From: Hyphochytrium catenoides | Lineage: Eukaryota > Protista > Hyphochytriomycota | Direction of reading: 5' to 3' | Assembly: GCA_900088475.1 (NCBI GenBank) | Contig: FLMG01003965.1 | Coordinates: 1 to 42,571 of the forward strand | DNA length: 42,571 nucleotides | Shown here: one piece after another, positions 27,001 through 37,957 of the stretch | How the letters are laid out: every line of letters begins with the position of its first letter | Position numbering within the stretch: position 1 is the first letter of the stretch | Translations under genes and position numbers: made by a program | The notes under the pieces: generated by a model | What the model saw: only the letters and a program-made list of their open reading frames with translations | What the model was told of the DNA's origin: nothing | The model's database searches: none

Positions 27001-27440
27001 TTCCTGTTCCGATCAAAGAAGTCTTAATAGACCGATCGCCGCTTAGAAAGGCGATAGAAGATAATAAGCTCGAGAAAGACGACCATGCGGCTAAATGGCA
27101 GAGTCGAAGCAAGGAGGAAAAGTTGCCAGTGCGGTCCTTCCTGCTAACCTATTCTCTGCTGCAACCATAGCAACTCTTTCTTCTTCTGTCGAAGCTGCTT
27201 GGCATGATTGAAGCGGTGCTGCTTCCCTTCCCTATGCGTGCACATAAAGGTGAGGATAGAGAGCGACGTCATACTGGTAAGAATATCGTACCTAACGAGC
27301 CCTGCGGAGGGCCTGCGCGCGGCGTGGACCTTCCCACCTGCAGCTTTTGCAAGCTGATTCTTCGTAGCATGCCTTCCCGCTTTGTGGCCCTTGTTTTGCT
27401 GTTTGAGATTGGTCGTGGACCTATGGTGGTGTGAAGACAT
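24078..27440 (-). CDS. TSR1: Pre-rRNA-processing protein TSR1 (40S biogenesis, BMS1/TSR1 family), multi-exon
   Basis: N-terminal HHHRS..LKQQNKGHK; ILDAAKVADILVFV; WRSVRSYL; LEFPDE|VDVPEDGKARERFARYRGLKSFRTSPWDPKESLPQDYARIYQF; KRILLTGAP...[64 protein letters not shown]. GT-AG introns are in phase where checked. Confidence 0.95.
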
Positions 27441-28237
27441 GACTGACTTGCCACGCTGGTAGGGCCGCGACGGTGTCTACCCAGCTGGCGCTATCAACTC
27501 TAATGGAGGCGAAGGTGAGCACGAGAGTTCGGTGCGGCCTCTTTGGCTAGACCTTGGACACGTTTTTGAGGTGCAGCTTAAGACAGGTTACTCAGCGTCG
27601 TTTGTAGATATTGGCCCGTCCGCAAAATGGCTGTGCTCATTGCCTTCACAGTGTTGGCAAGCTGGGCCCTCTGCCAGGACATGGCAACGCTCTGGGATCG
27701 TCTGTTACGGAGACTTCTGCGGTCGGGCTTGTCGCTGCGGGCTCCGCTCTTCCTGCGCTTGCAACTCTTTTGCCTGCCAACCAACCTTGCAACTTACAGG
27801 AGAAACCTTTCAATTCTTTTGTTTCGAAACTAGTAAAGTTTCATGAGAGTGTAGCCCTAGCTAGAAACTAATGCTCATTTACTTCACCGAAAAGTTTTGT
27901 TTCGCTGATGGTGTTTCTGATCAGAAAGGCCACGAAGCCGAACTTCGACAGCCCTTCAGCTTTCCCATAGAAAAGGTACAGTGCCTCGAGCTCTGAGCCT
28001 CGGCTGGCGACATAGTCGGTGCGCTAGGCGCCGTGATGCCGCTCTGGCAGTGGCTGAAACTCTCATACCAAGCAGGGTTAAGGGTAACTGTGCCCTTAAG
28101 CACATGATGCACCTACTCGCTTGATAGCAGGCCCTTGGAGCAACGAAGCGGATGGCCAAGAAGAAGGAAGCCGCTCGTGTTAGCTTTGGGAGGAGAGCCA
28201 GGGAAGAAGAGTTTGCTTAGGCCATTAAAGTTAAACG
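27441..28237. promoter_or_regulatory. Divergent (head-to-head) intergenic region between TSR1 and TRIT1, probable bidirectional promoter
   Basis: Gene geometry only: ~0.8 kb between two outward-facing ATGs. No specific motif was identified. Confidence 0.5.
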
Positions 28238-30174
28238 ATGGAGAATGGGAATGGGCGAAGGAAGCTCATCGTCATCATCGGCACCACTGGTGCTGGGAAA
28301 ACCAAACTATCAATTGATCTGGCCAAAGCCCTCGGTGGAGAGGTCATCAACAGCGATGTGATGCAGGTGAGAGCAACTATGCTATGTCACTCTACCACGG
28401 TGACCAGGCGAGCCCCTTCTGAGAAACTGAGAAAGGGTTACCTAGATGTACAAGGAATTGTCCATCGCTACAGCCAAGGTGACGGCGGAAGAGCAGGAAA
28501 ATGTCCCCCATCACCTGCTCGATATTTTGGAACCGACAGAACATTGCACCCCGAAGCGCTTCCGGGAGCAGGCGATGGCCGCAGTAGGTGTTATTTCTAG
28601 ATCTCTCCTCTGCATCACCAGCCCAGCTGCTTTCTCTTTTTTCCAACTGTTCTGTTACCTAAGCATGTACGTGTACAAGTTCCCTATCTAAGGCGCTGTG
28701 TATCTAGATAGAAGATATATGCCAGCGAGGCTCTGTGCCTATCCTGGTGGGAGGGACAATGTATTATGTTCAGTCGTTGGTCTGGGAAGACACATTACTT
28801 GATGAAGAGCATCTGGCTGCTGAAAAGGCCAAGATTGATGGGCTAAACTGCCTAGAAGAAGGTGATAAGTTGTGTCAGGGGTTGGAGAGTAAGGGAGAAG
28901 AAGCCAACAAAAGTGGCACAGACCACACAGCCCTTTACGAAAAGCTCAAGTTGGTGGACCCGGTAATGGCAAACAAGCTCCATCCGCACGATGTCCGACG
29001 GGTAAGGCCAAAAAGCATCTCTATGCATCCTCTCGCCTAAGTTTCGCTATCAGAGTGAACTAACGTCTTGGCCTTCTTGCCTCCCGGCTAGATAAGGCGG
29101 GCTTTGGAAGTTCACGAGAGGACAGGTATGGCAGCGATAAAGTGGAACTTCCACTCTTCCATGGTCCCTGACCTTACATGTGATAGGCGTACGACAGAGT
29201 GAGCTGTTGACATTGCAGCAAACGAGGAGGCAAAGAAAAACGAGCGATTCCAGTACTTGGCCTCCAGCCCGATACGACACTTGCTTTTTGTGGGTAGACT
29301 CTGCGCTGGAGGTGCTCGATGGCAGATTGGACAAGAGGTAGCGCCCTTTAAGTCACAGGTATAATTGACATGCCGACGGGTACCCTTCTTGCAGGGTAGA
29401 TGAAATGGTAGTCCAAGGAATAGTTCCTGAGGTGGAGACTCTTCATCAAAAACTCAAGCTCAGTCATAGCATCGTCAGTTCCGAAGATGGGACCGGCGAA
29501 GGATGGGGAGTGACGCAGGCCATTGGCTTCAAGGAGTTCCAACCATATTTCGAGACCCTGAACAGAATCGGTGATGCTTACTCTGCCGACCAATCTGACA
29601 TACGGAGTGAACCAACTAGGACAAATGCAGCTACACTAGAGGTAAGTTCCAACAAGAGGATAAAGTATTAGCTGTCGAGTTAAGGAAGGCGTTCCGCCTC
29701 CTACCTTCTCTTTTGTAACACACTGCCTCCTACCCCTTGACCCTTAAGGAATGCCTGGTCACCCTAAAAGCTAACACCAGAAGATACGCAAGAAAGCAGC
29801 TACGGTGGATTCGCAACCGCATCCTCTCACAGCAGCAGTGTCCTGTTTACAAATTTGACACTTCGGACGTTAGCCTATGGGAGACGGCTGTTAGAGCGCC
29901 AGCGGAGGCAATTGCTAGAGCTTTTGTAGCTGGAGAAGAAGCGGATAAGGACAGGGAGCCCTGCAACATGGCAGTAGCCAAGTATGGGCTCAAATTTTGC
30001 TCTTGGCAGAAGTTTGAATGCGAATCCTGCCAGCGAACGCTGAACGGTGAGCATGAGTGGCAAGTCCACCTAAAATCGCGCCAACATCGATCTCGGACCG
30101 CTAGAAAGAAGCGAAGGATGAGGAGCTCGAGCTATATGGAAGGTCAGAGTGGACCCACTGGCAAGGGCGGCTAA
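28238..30174 (+). CDS. TRIT1: tRNA dimethylallyltransferase (eukaryotic TRIT1/MOD5, MiaA family), 7 exons: 28238-28366, 28446-28583, 28708-29001, 29092-29125, 29187-29337, 29395-29641, 29749-30174
   Basis: P-loop IVIIGTTGAGKT; INSDVMQ|MYKELSIATAK; VPHHLLD; PILVGGTMYY; LHPHDVRR|IRRALEV; RLDKR|VDEM; QAIGFKEF; TRRYARKQLRWIRN; C-terminal zinc finger CESCQRTLNGEHEWQVHLKSRQH. The joins keep frame. Confidence 0.95.
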
Positions 30175-31128
30175 TAGAACCTGTGACTCAGGACCGAAGA
30201 CTTACAAGAGGCAAGTCTTACCTTTTTAGCTCCTAGAGCTAGGATGACGGGAGTAACGACGGGCACTCCACCCCAAATCCACTTCACTTCGCGCGCATGA
30301 GGGGTCATGGTGGCACAGAAAAAAAAAAGCGTGTGAAGCCCTTATGTGGGCCTATCGTTTGCCTCCATAGCCCCAGCCGGTGGTCCTAGATCTAGCGGAG
30401 AGCTTATTTCCCTCTTCACCAGGCGAAAGCTACAGAGCGCGTCAGCTTAACCCCTATCGCCTTCTATGGCGACATAGCTGGCCGTCACGAATTTTGCGCT
30501 GTGCACGTTTACTGTTACAGCTAAGAGCTAATATAGGAAAGAGAGAAGTGAGACTGATCAGCGTTTTTTGATGGTCTTGGGTCCAAATTAGTGAGGCTGT
30601 CGGAGGTTGACTCACGAGCAAGTTTACCTTCCAACGTTGTTTCGGCTCATTCTGAAGCAGATACTTCTTTTTTCCGCCGACTCTGACGAGGACGGTCTGT
30701 GGGGCAGGAACCTTATGCGTGACTAGCAGGCGAACAAGTCGGTGGCGACGTAGCAGGCTTGTTAAGATTACTCTGGGTTCTTTTATAGTACAGTTAAGCT
30801 AGGAGTGTACCGGGCTAATGATCTTTACTATACAGCCTTTACCTCGCCTCCCTACCATTTAGATATTTCCTAGACTGTGCTACCGCAAGTTGGACCTGCG
30901 TGGACAGCGGAATAAGCTCTGTTACCGCGCCAATTGCTGAGCAAAGATGCTCAAGGGCCAAGCAAAGTGAGCAAGACTGGTGTTTGTTGGAACGGTGTCC
31001 AGCATGATGTGGCTCGCAGGTCATGCGTCCTTAGGTCGCTTCCGTGATACGCTTGACTGGATGTTTTTAAAAGTGAAAGGTGTGCTGTGGCGGATCGGAA
31101 GGAAGTCAATAAATCTAGCAAGCGCACG

Positions 31129-32853
31129 TTAATGAAACTGGTGCGGCGAGCGCCGGTCCACAAGCATTGCGGCGGTCCATTCGTAGACATGGAAGGTAAT
31201 GCTGGAGGAAGGAGCTGTCTTGAGCAGACTTGGAATTGTGCCCCGGTAAAGGCCTCGAAGACCCTCCATCCTGAATGTAGTGAGCAGGCAATCAAGGCCA
31301 TTCTTATAGCGCGGTAGCTGTCCGTACTTTCGCGGCATCCCTTCCACCTGTCATATAAAAAAAGACACAATACCGTAAGTGGCTGCACAAATTGCCCTTG
31401 AAAGTGTCAGCTGGCTAATTACTTGGTGGCTAATGAGGAAGGAGAGAGAGTTCCGGAGGGATAGGAAGAGCTGCTAGGCTGAAAGCGTGGAGGGCAATGG
31501 ACCCAGGACAACCTGCATCCGCTTTTTAACGGTATCCAGCGGATAGACGATAAGCTTGGCCAAGAATGCTGAGATGCCTCCTGCGAGGGACGGGGACAGT
31601 TCTGCGGCGTTGAGACATCTTAGCCTCGTTAAAGCCACTCACAAACTGGACTCAGGATAGCCTCACCTTTCTTCTTTAGCGCCTCATAGAGACAGAAGTT
31701 CAGTCCCGTAAATGGAGCAATTTGTACCACTGCGGGGCCTACACCCTGAATACAGAGATATGTTAGATGATGTCAAAAAGGAACACATCCGTCCTTTTCC
31801 ACCTTGAAGAAGCCTCGCAGACCGTCTGCCTTGTATATCTTGCTCGACAAATCCATCATGCTATGATAGACCTATGAACAGTCAAGATTGCCAGTTAATA
31901 TGGATGGATGTGCTTCGTTATTTGAGCGCGGAGAGTATAACCTTGGGCACTCCTTGAGAGGCCAGCTTCGTCCTCATGACATCAAAAGGATAGCTCAATA
32001 CCGTAGCCAAGGCACCCGATGCTGCTCCACTCAGCATGTCTAAGGTCATTACTTGCGATGGCTCACCAAGGCCGCCATAAAAAGCTCTAAGACTATAATA
32101 GAACTGAAACTGCAGAGTGGTAGAAGAAGTAAGTCTCGCATTCTTATAGCCAATAGCTGTTGATCTCCTACCTGGAGCGCTGAGTAGGAGACCCAAAGTA
32201 GCTCCGCGGGAATGTTACCCCTGCACAACAGGGAAGAACCACTTATTACTCCGCACCAACTCATGCTTACACGCGTCAAAAGTGCCATTTATTACCTCCA
32301 GAAAGTCTTGACCCCTTCTTCAGCATAGACATTCTTGACCGCTTCCCAAAGTCTAAAATACCGGAGGTCTTCCAGCGCCATACGCCCTGGGTGAATGGCG
32401 CCTCCTGTGGAGACTTGGAGTCTACATCCAAGTAATAACAGCATAGTTAGGCCGATAGCTGACAGCGTCATTGTTTGAAGCCGGTTGGAGACCTGATCTT
32501 TATAAGGTCGAAGGGTGCCACACAAAACCTTGAGACGCCTGTGGGAGATACAGAACAGCCGTGAGAGGAAGCAGTATGCCTTTTGAGAAAAACGAAGTTA
32601 CAGAGTTATTGCGCTTGCCTAAGGCAGAAGAAAACCAAGGAGTTAGATATAAGCTACAGATCTGACCTCCAGCTAGGCCGCCAGCAATTAGTCGTTCCTG
32701 GTTTGTAAGGGTGGCCCTAGCCGATGATGCCGCCTTTGGCGCAGGGCTTCTGTGGGAGGAGACAGCGCTGTATTGTGCGGCAGATATCGGCTCACGCCAG
32801 CCGGCAGCTGTGGCGGTTGATGAAACCTTTTCGCCCTCAGTAGCGCCGGTCAT
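31129..32853 (-). CDS. TPC1: Mitochondrial carrier (SLC25), most like the thiamine pyrophosphate carrier TPC1/SLC25A19; multi-exon
   Basis: Three carrier signatures PFDLIKIR, PFDVMRTK and PLDTVKKR; TPC1-typical FWRGNIPAELLWVSYSALQF; GLRGLYRGTIPSLLKTAPSSSITFHVYE. GT-AG introns are in phase. The probable ATG is at 32853 (MTGATEGEK). Confidence 0.85.
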
Positions 32854-34439
32854 TCTTCCTCTTGCGGTTCTCTTCACGGCTCAGTGGGTCTTCTCCTTTC
32901 GCTTCCCATTCGCTGGCTGAGGATGCTTCCGAGATACGCTGCAGAGCTTGCCAGGAAGCACGATCAAGACCATCAACACTAGAGCCTGGAGGTGTTTGGG
33001 AGCCAGTGTCAGGCCTTCGGTAACTCTTAATGACAGCAAGAGAAGAGGATTTACCGCGATAAGATTTAGGATCATATCCTTCTCGGTATTCGCCATTTCG
33101 CCTACTAATTCTCCGTCCTCTCGCTCAACTGCTGCTAAGGTCCTTGAAGAAGCTGCGCTACCCGCTTGCCATCCACTTCTACTTGATCAAACCGTTCTCA
33201 TAACAGCAGTATGAGGCACGGCAGGAGGGACAAGCAGGACAGGAAATGCGCGCTTGTTGCAAGAATCAGATGTATAGCGAAGTTCGCACAGATCGAATCC
33301 CTCCTGGCAATCTTGCTCAGAGCTGTAACCCTTTACCGCTAGCTCTGGCGTTCCTCAATCTTCTCCCCCCTGCCCCTGCAGTGCTACTGCTTCTGCCGCC
33401 TCGTCCCCTGGGTTGCTTCTCTACGATCGCCTTGCCAACGCAGCCTCCTGACAACACTTCGGTTGGGCTGACGTGACGCTCCGCTCTGGTGAGATCCAGC
33501 GGACCAACAGCCAGAGCTTCACCAGCAGAAGTTGATCACCGCCACACCTAACTCATATCCAGAATGTGAACCCAAATATGCGCCATCACCACGAATAGAT
33601 TTAAGCCTATTAAGGATGATCATGGGATCTGCAATCTTTGTACGAGTAGTTCTGAACATCGAACAGTGAGGGACGAGAACAGCATTGATTGTAGAATTAC
33701 TATTGAAAATGTATGAAGAAGCCGTTTCATCTCTCTCTCTGCTTTGCTCTCTCTCTCCCGTCTCAGAAGCAGCAGTTCTAGTACTACTTCATAGTAGTAC
33801 TATTGGTAGCCGGTGAATTCTGCTGTTATTAGGTTGCTGCTACATAGCACGTTCCTCCGTTCTGCTGCTTGTTGCTGCTGCTCCTGCCGCCGCCCTCGTC
33901 TTTCGGCTTGTTGACGTTGTGATGAATTGAGCTGTTGATTGCTGCACCCACCAACAACGAACAACACGATGGTACTACTCCGCCCGCCGTTGCCCTGCTG
34001 CTCGTGGTCCAACAAGAGGAACTAGGTAGCTCCAAGACGTCTGGTGGGAGCAAGCTTCTTGTTCTTCTTCGGTGGTGGATGGTACCACCGGTGGTGGTGA
34101 GCCTCCAAACTCATTTGTCTCCTCCGGTGGTCATCGTCACCACGGAGTGCTGCTCGTGTTATGGCAATGAGGCCATAAACCATAGAACCACAGCTGGTGA
34201 GCTCTTCTCCTCCTTCTTTGCCCAGTTTTGCGTGCGCAACAACACCTAGAGTAGTTTATCAAATCATGAGCAGCAGACCTACTACTGCCAGCAAGATTCC
34301 ACATCGATCTTTACCTTCTTCGTCCTAGTGCACAATGGAGGATTTGTCCATAATCATTGTCCTCCTTCTTGTCTGTCGCCGCTGCTATTGCTGGCAGCTA
34401 GAAGAACCAAGAAGCTATTTGCTGCATTAGCATTAGTAG

Positions 34440-35655
34440 AAACAGAAGAGGGAGGCCTATTGCCTCATCACCACCGTCCGCCGCTTTTGACCAGAAAATC
34501 AAGAGAGACATGGCTTCCACCTTCTTCCAATGTGGACAATGTCAGTTGGTCCTGAGCTCGAAAACAGCATTGGGGACACACAGAAGAAGATTCCACCAAC
34601 AGAAGGTGGAGCTCAAGTTTGCTTCTTGTGAGTCGTCCCTTACGGTCATCAGGGGCTCGAACGGCAAGTTCACCTGCCCTGGCTGTAAGATGTCGTCCTA
34701 TTGCAGGCCAGATCATTTACAGCTCCATAGCCAAACGTGCTTGGCACTTCAAGCGTTAGCAACGATTTTGGACGACGGAGAGGACGAAGAAGAAGATCGA
34801 CCTCTCTATATTTTAGACGGCGACGGAGAGGAAGTAGTTCTAAACTCATCGAGTGCTACTCGCATACGGGATGACAGTATTAATGGAAGAAGGGTCTTTA
34901 GAACAAGAAGAAGTATGTCAAAGGATGACCAGCGTCATAAGGAGAGAGCGTCGTCAAGGGAGTTGCGTGATGGCACCCATTGCTTCCTTGAGGGCCGGAG
35001 ACTCTTAGCGCTAGAACTATATGAAGCCTCTCACGTAGAATCGTCTTCCAGCACTAGAAGAGGCAGTCTTGTTGCCTCATCACCACGGGCAGCCGCTGTT
35101 GACGAGACAATCAAGCGAGGCATGGGTTCCAACAACTTCTGGTGTGGACAATGTCAGCTGGACTTCAAATCTAAAGCAGCATTGGGGACACACAGAAGAA
35201 GATTCCACCAACAGAAGGTGGAGCTCAGTTTTGCTTCTTGTGAGTCTTCCCTTACGGTCATCAGGGGCTCGAACGGCAAGTTCACCTGCCCTGACTGTAA
35301 GATGTCGTCCTATTGCAGGCCAGATCATCTACAGCTTCATAGCCAAAAGTGCTTGGCACTTCAAGCGTTAGCAACTATTTTAGACGAGGACGATGACGAG
35401 GACGAAGAAGAAGATCGATCTTCCGTCAGAGAGGAGGTAGCCTTAAACTCTTCTGGTGCTACTCGCATACCGGATGACAGTATAAATGGAAGAAGAAGTG
35501 TTATTACAAGAAGTATGTCAAAGGATGACCAGTGCCATGAGGAGAACTCTTCCTCAAGGCAGTGTTTGCGTGATGGCACCCATCGCTTCCTTGAGGACCA
35601 GAAGCTATCAGCGCTAGAATTAGGTGAACCCGCTCACTTAGAATCGTCCTCCAGC
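34440..35655 (+). repeat. Tandem ~0.61-kb direct duplication encoding the two zinc-finger modules
   Basis: Near-identical blocks, e.g. 'gcattggggacacacagaagaagattccaccaacagaaggtggagctc' at ~34568 and ~35179. Similarity starts upstream of the ATG at 34510. Confidence 0.93.
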
Positions 35656-36816
35656 TCTGCTCCAATCGTCCACGGTCCATCCATCTTTTTAGAGTTTCCC
35701 GAACTTGGATTGAGGATCAACCAAGCCGTAGGACTGGTCATATGCACCTGTTGCGCCAGTGGGGTTCCCTTGGACTGTCTAAGGAAGCACGTTCGAGATT
35801 GCCAAACGCCCCTTTCCATAGAACGCTTCAACGAAGTCAAAGATGCTTGCGTGCTGCAGTTCGATTTTGGTGTCGCACCAAGTGTGCAGCCTGTCTCACC
35901 CATTCTCGGACTACCCACGTACCCTGGATGGCGCTGTACGGCATGCCACAACTCAGGTAAATGCCACTATTCAATCCAAAGGAAGTCAATGCTCTCGCAT
36001 ATGCGCATGTGCCACACCAACACGGAGGGCGACGGTCAGCCTCTTCCCCCCCCTGAGCCTTGCCGAATCCAGACTGTCAGAAAGGGCAACAGGACGAAGT
36101 ATTTTGAAGTTGTTGCAGGCGAGGATGAGGAGGAGGAGGAGTCCAATAATTCATGGGCCTTTTCCCAAGATTGTGCTTCTTCATCATCATCGGACACCAA
36201 CAAATTCCCTGACTCAGGAAAGTGCAACTACTCGAAGAAAGGGAACGCCGTTCAGTCCCCTACTCGGAAGTTCCACGCGAGTGGGGGGTACGAGGGACAT
36301 TCTTCTCAAATGCATGATGTTCAGCAGGCGACTAGGACAATTGTCTTCGAAACAGCTGCTGGAGGAGGAGAAGATGCCTGCAAAACACGCTATGTGCCCG
36401 AGCATCTGTCATCACCTTTGTCCGAGAACATCTCTATTGCTGGCCGTTTGAACCAAAATAATAGACGTTTTCTAGCGCAAGAAGTGGAATCCCCTCCTTC
36501 TCGGTTTGGCTCGGGTGCTATGGCAGTTGATATGAAGTTAACACGAATGACTTCGCAACTTCATCGATCCCCTGCCTACTCTTGCTGGAGGTCAACGAAG
36601 GAGGAGAAGCGACAAGAGGCCAACTACCGTTATATGAAGCCCGCGAGTGGGAAGGAAGTATATGCAGGAAAACGACCTAGCCGTGAAAAGCTCCAAGGGG
36701 GTGATGCAAAACGAAGAATTGTCATCTCCTCCTTTATTCAGCGTGGCCGAATGACTTTATATCAACAGCAACATTGTCTCGAGCCATACTTCCAAAGTGT
36801 GGGGATGGAAACTTGA
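34510..36816 (+). CDS. Intronless 768-aa subtelomeric zinc-finger protein: two tandem double-C2H2/C2HC modules plus a DUF3505/OrsD-like domain (TLH-type N-terminal region), with no helicase motifs; possibly transposon-derived
   Basis: CGQCQL...LGTHRRRFH...FTCPxC...HLQLHSQxC occurs twice. It is followed by LVICTCCASGVPLDCLRKHVRDC...PVSPILGLPTYPGWRCTAC...CHYSIQRKSMLSHMRMCH...CRIQTVRKGNRTKYFEV (~35700-36120). Confidence 0.65.
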   Translation: MASTFFQCGQCQLVLSSKTALGTHRRRFHQQKVELKFASCESSLTVIRGSNGKFTCPGCKMSSYCRPDHLQLHSQTCLALQALATILDDGEDEEEDRPLYILDGDGEEVVLNSSSATRIRDDSINGRRVFRTRRSMSKDDQRHKERASSRELRDGTHCFLEGRRLLALELYEASHVESSSSTRRGSLVASSPRAAAVDETIKRGMGSNNFWCGQCQLDFKSKAALGTHRRRFHQQKVELSFASCESSLTVIRGSNGKFTCPDCKMSSYCRPDHLQLHSQKCLALQALATILDEDDDEDEEEDRSSVREEVALNSSGATRIPDDSINGRRSVITRSMSKDDQCHEENSSSRQCLRDGTHRFLEDQKLSALELGEPAHLESSSSSAPIVHGPSIFLEFPELGLRINQAVGLVICTCCASGVPLDCLRKHVRDCQTPLSIERFNEVKDACVLQFDFGVAPSVQPVSPILGLPTYPGWRCTACHNSGKCHYSIQRKSMLSHMRMCHTNTEGDGQPLPPPEPCRIQTVRKGNRTKYFEVVAGEDEEEEESNNSWAFSQDCASSSSSDTNKFPDSGKCNYSKKGNAVQSPTRKFHASGGYEGHSSQMHDVQQATRTIVFETAAGGGEDACKTRYVPEHLSSPLSENISIAGRLNQNNRRFLAQEVESPPSRFGSGAMAVDMKLTRMTSQLHRSPAYSCWRSTKEEKRQEANYRYMKPASGKEVYAGKRPSREKLQGGDAKRRIVISSFIQRGRMTLYQQQHCLEPYFQSVGMET

Positions 36817-37760
36817 ATAACAATCGTCGGAGTTCTGACTGTTGGTGCCACTGTCTCATTAGGGGAGTTTCTTACATGGCCGATCGATGATATAGGACAA
36901 GCAACAATGGCATCCTTCGACTATCACTAGTAGTCCAGACGGGATCTAGCGATCTAGCCAACGATTGAAGAAAGACGGAGACTAGATGTGATTAGTAGTA
37001 GAACTGGTCCACGTATACATCTAGCCACCACTTTCAAATGGACGACGATGACCCTTCTGAAGAGGCTAATAAGAAGATGTTTGCAAGGGTTATCAGCCAA
37101 TCTCTCCATTCGAAAACTATTCGAGATGCAGCCGGATTGGCTGTATGACACCACAAGGAAGGACTCCAATATTCAAGAAGAAGGTTGCGTTATTCTTGTC
37201 GGTCAAAGCTATAGATGGCAAGCTTCTTACATCTTTTAAGGGTCCTCCGATATGGTGCATTGTTCTTGTCGGACAAAGCATTAACATAAGGCCAAATGTT
37301 CCTAGTGCACCTATTGTCGCGGATGGATAGCTGGCCGTGTTGCTTACATGGTATAAGGTAGAAGCCTGCAGTAGCGGCGATTGTTTTATCCAACGCAAGT
37401 GTCATCATCACCTCAGCTCGTGCGGGAGGATGGCCTCAGAGGAGGTAGTAGTAGGTAGTGGTATCGAATATCTGGGAAGAGGAAAGCCTGTCTGACCAAC
37501 AGAAGTATCCACTTCTTCGCCCAGAAGAGAGGCCGCTAGTAGGTTTCTCTGTGAGGAATGGCGAGCTCCTATTTGGAAGATCCATCTATGTCTCTCCTCC
37601 TCTCGACGACTCGACCCCCGTCTGTTTCTAAGATGAAAGGCAGCACTACTCCATCGTTAACTCTATGGAAAAGCAATATTATTCTCTACAAACAACCTAC
37701 TACCTAACTGTGCGCACCACCGATGTCATCTGCGACTGGTACAACACCCACGGACAGTAA
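36817..37760 (+). pseudogene. Possible decayed coding continuation downstream of the zinc-finger ORF
   Basis: Protein-like plus-strand stretches broken by stops and frameshifts (e.g. ...NIWEEESLSDQQKYPLLRPEERPLVGFSVRNGELLFGRSIYVSPPLDDSTPVCF*DERQHYSIVNSMEK...). No family was recognised. Confidence 0.25.
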
Positions 37761-37957
37761 TCGACGTCAGCAGCAGCAGTCGGTGCAAAACTATAATAGC
37801 GTGATCAACAAGCAGCACTTAGTCCAGCTCCGCGTATCAATTCTTGTTGGTGCATCGGCCCCTACCTGAGCGTCCGAGGGATGCTTGTTCAGATACTCAC
37901 ATTGCATTATTACGGTAGCAGAGAACTCCCTTCTCCACTTGCGTGGGATCCTTTAAC

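Noticed and set aside
27627-27833. 68-aa ORF with a signal-peptide-like start (MAVLIAFTVLASWALC) in the TSR1/TRIT1 spacer
   Set aside because: It is short, overlaps equally long ORFs in other frames and has no recognisable homology, so it cannot be supported.
28200-28240. Upstream in-frame start giving a mitochondrial isoform of TRIT1, as in yeast MOD5
   Set aside because: An in-frame TAA lies two codons upstream of the ATG at 28238.
31590-31625. Possible AAG acceptor in the carrier gene (ggctaAG)
   Set aside because: The phase does not fit. The downstream ccgcAG restores KKELSPSLAGGIS.
32881-33096. 71-aa minus-strand ORF in frame with the carrier N-terminus, separated from it by a single TGA (read-through or recoding?)
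   Set aside because: The peptide has no recognisable features, the carrier is complete from the ATG at 32853, and the recognised genes show no in-frame recoded stops. Most likely chance.
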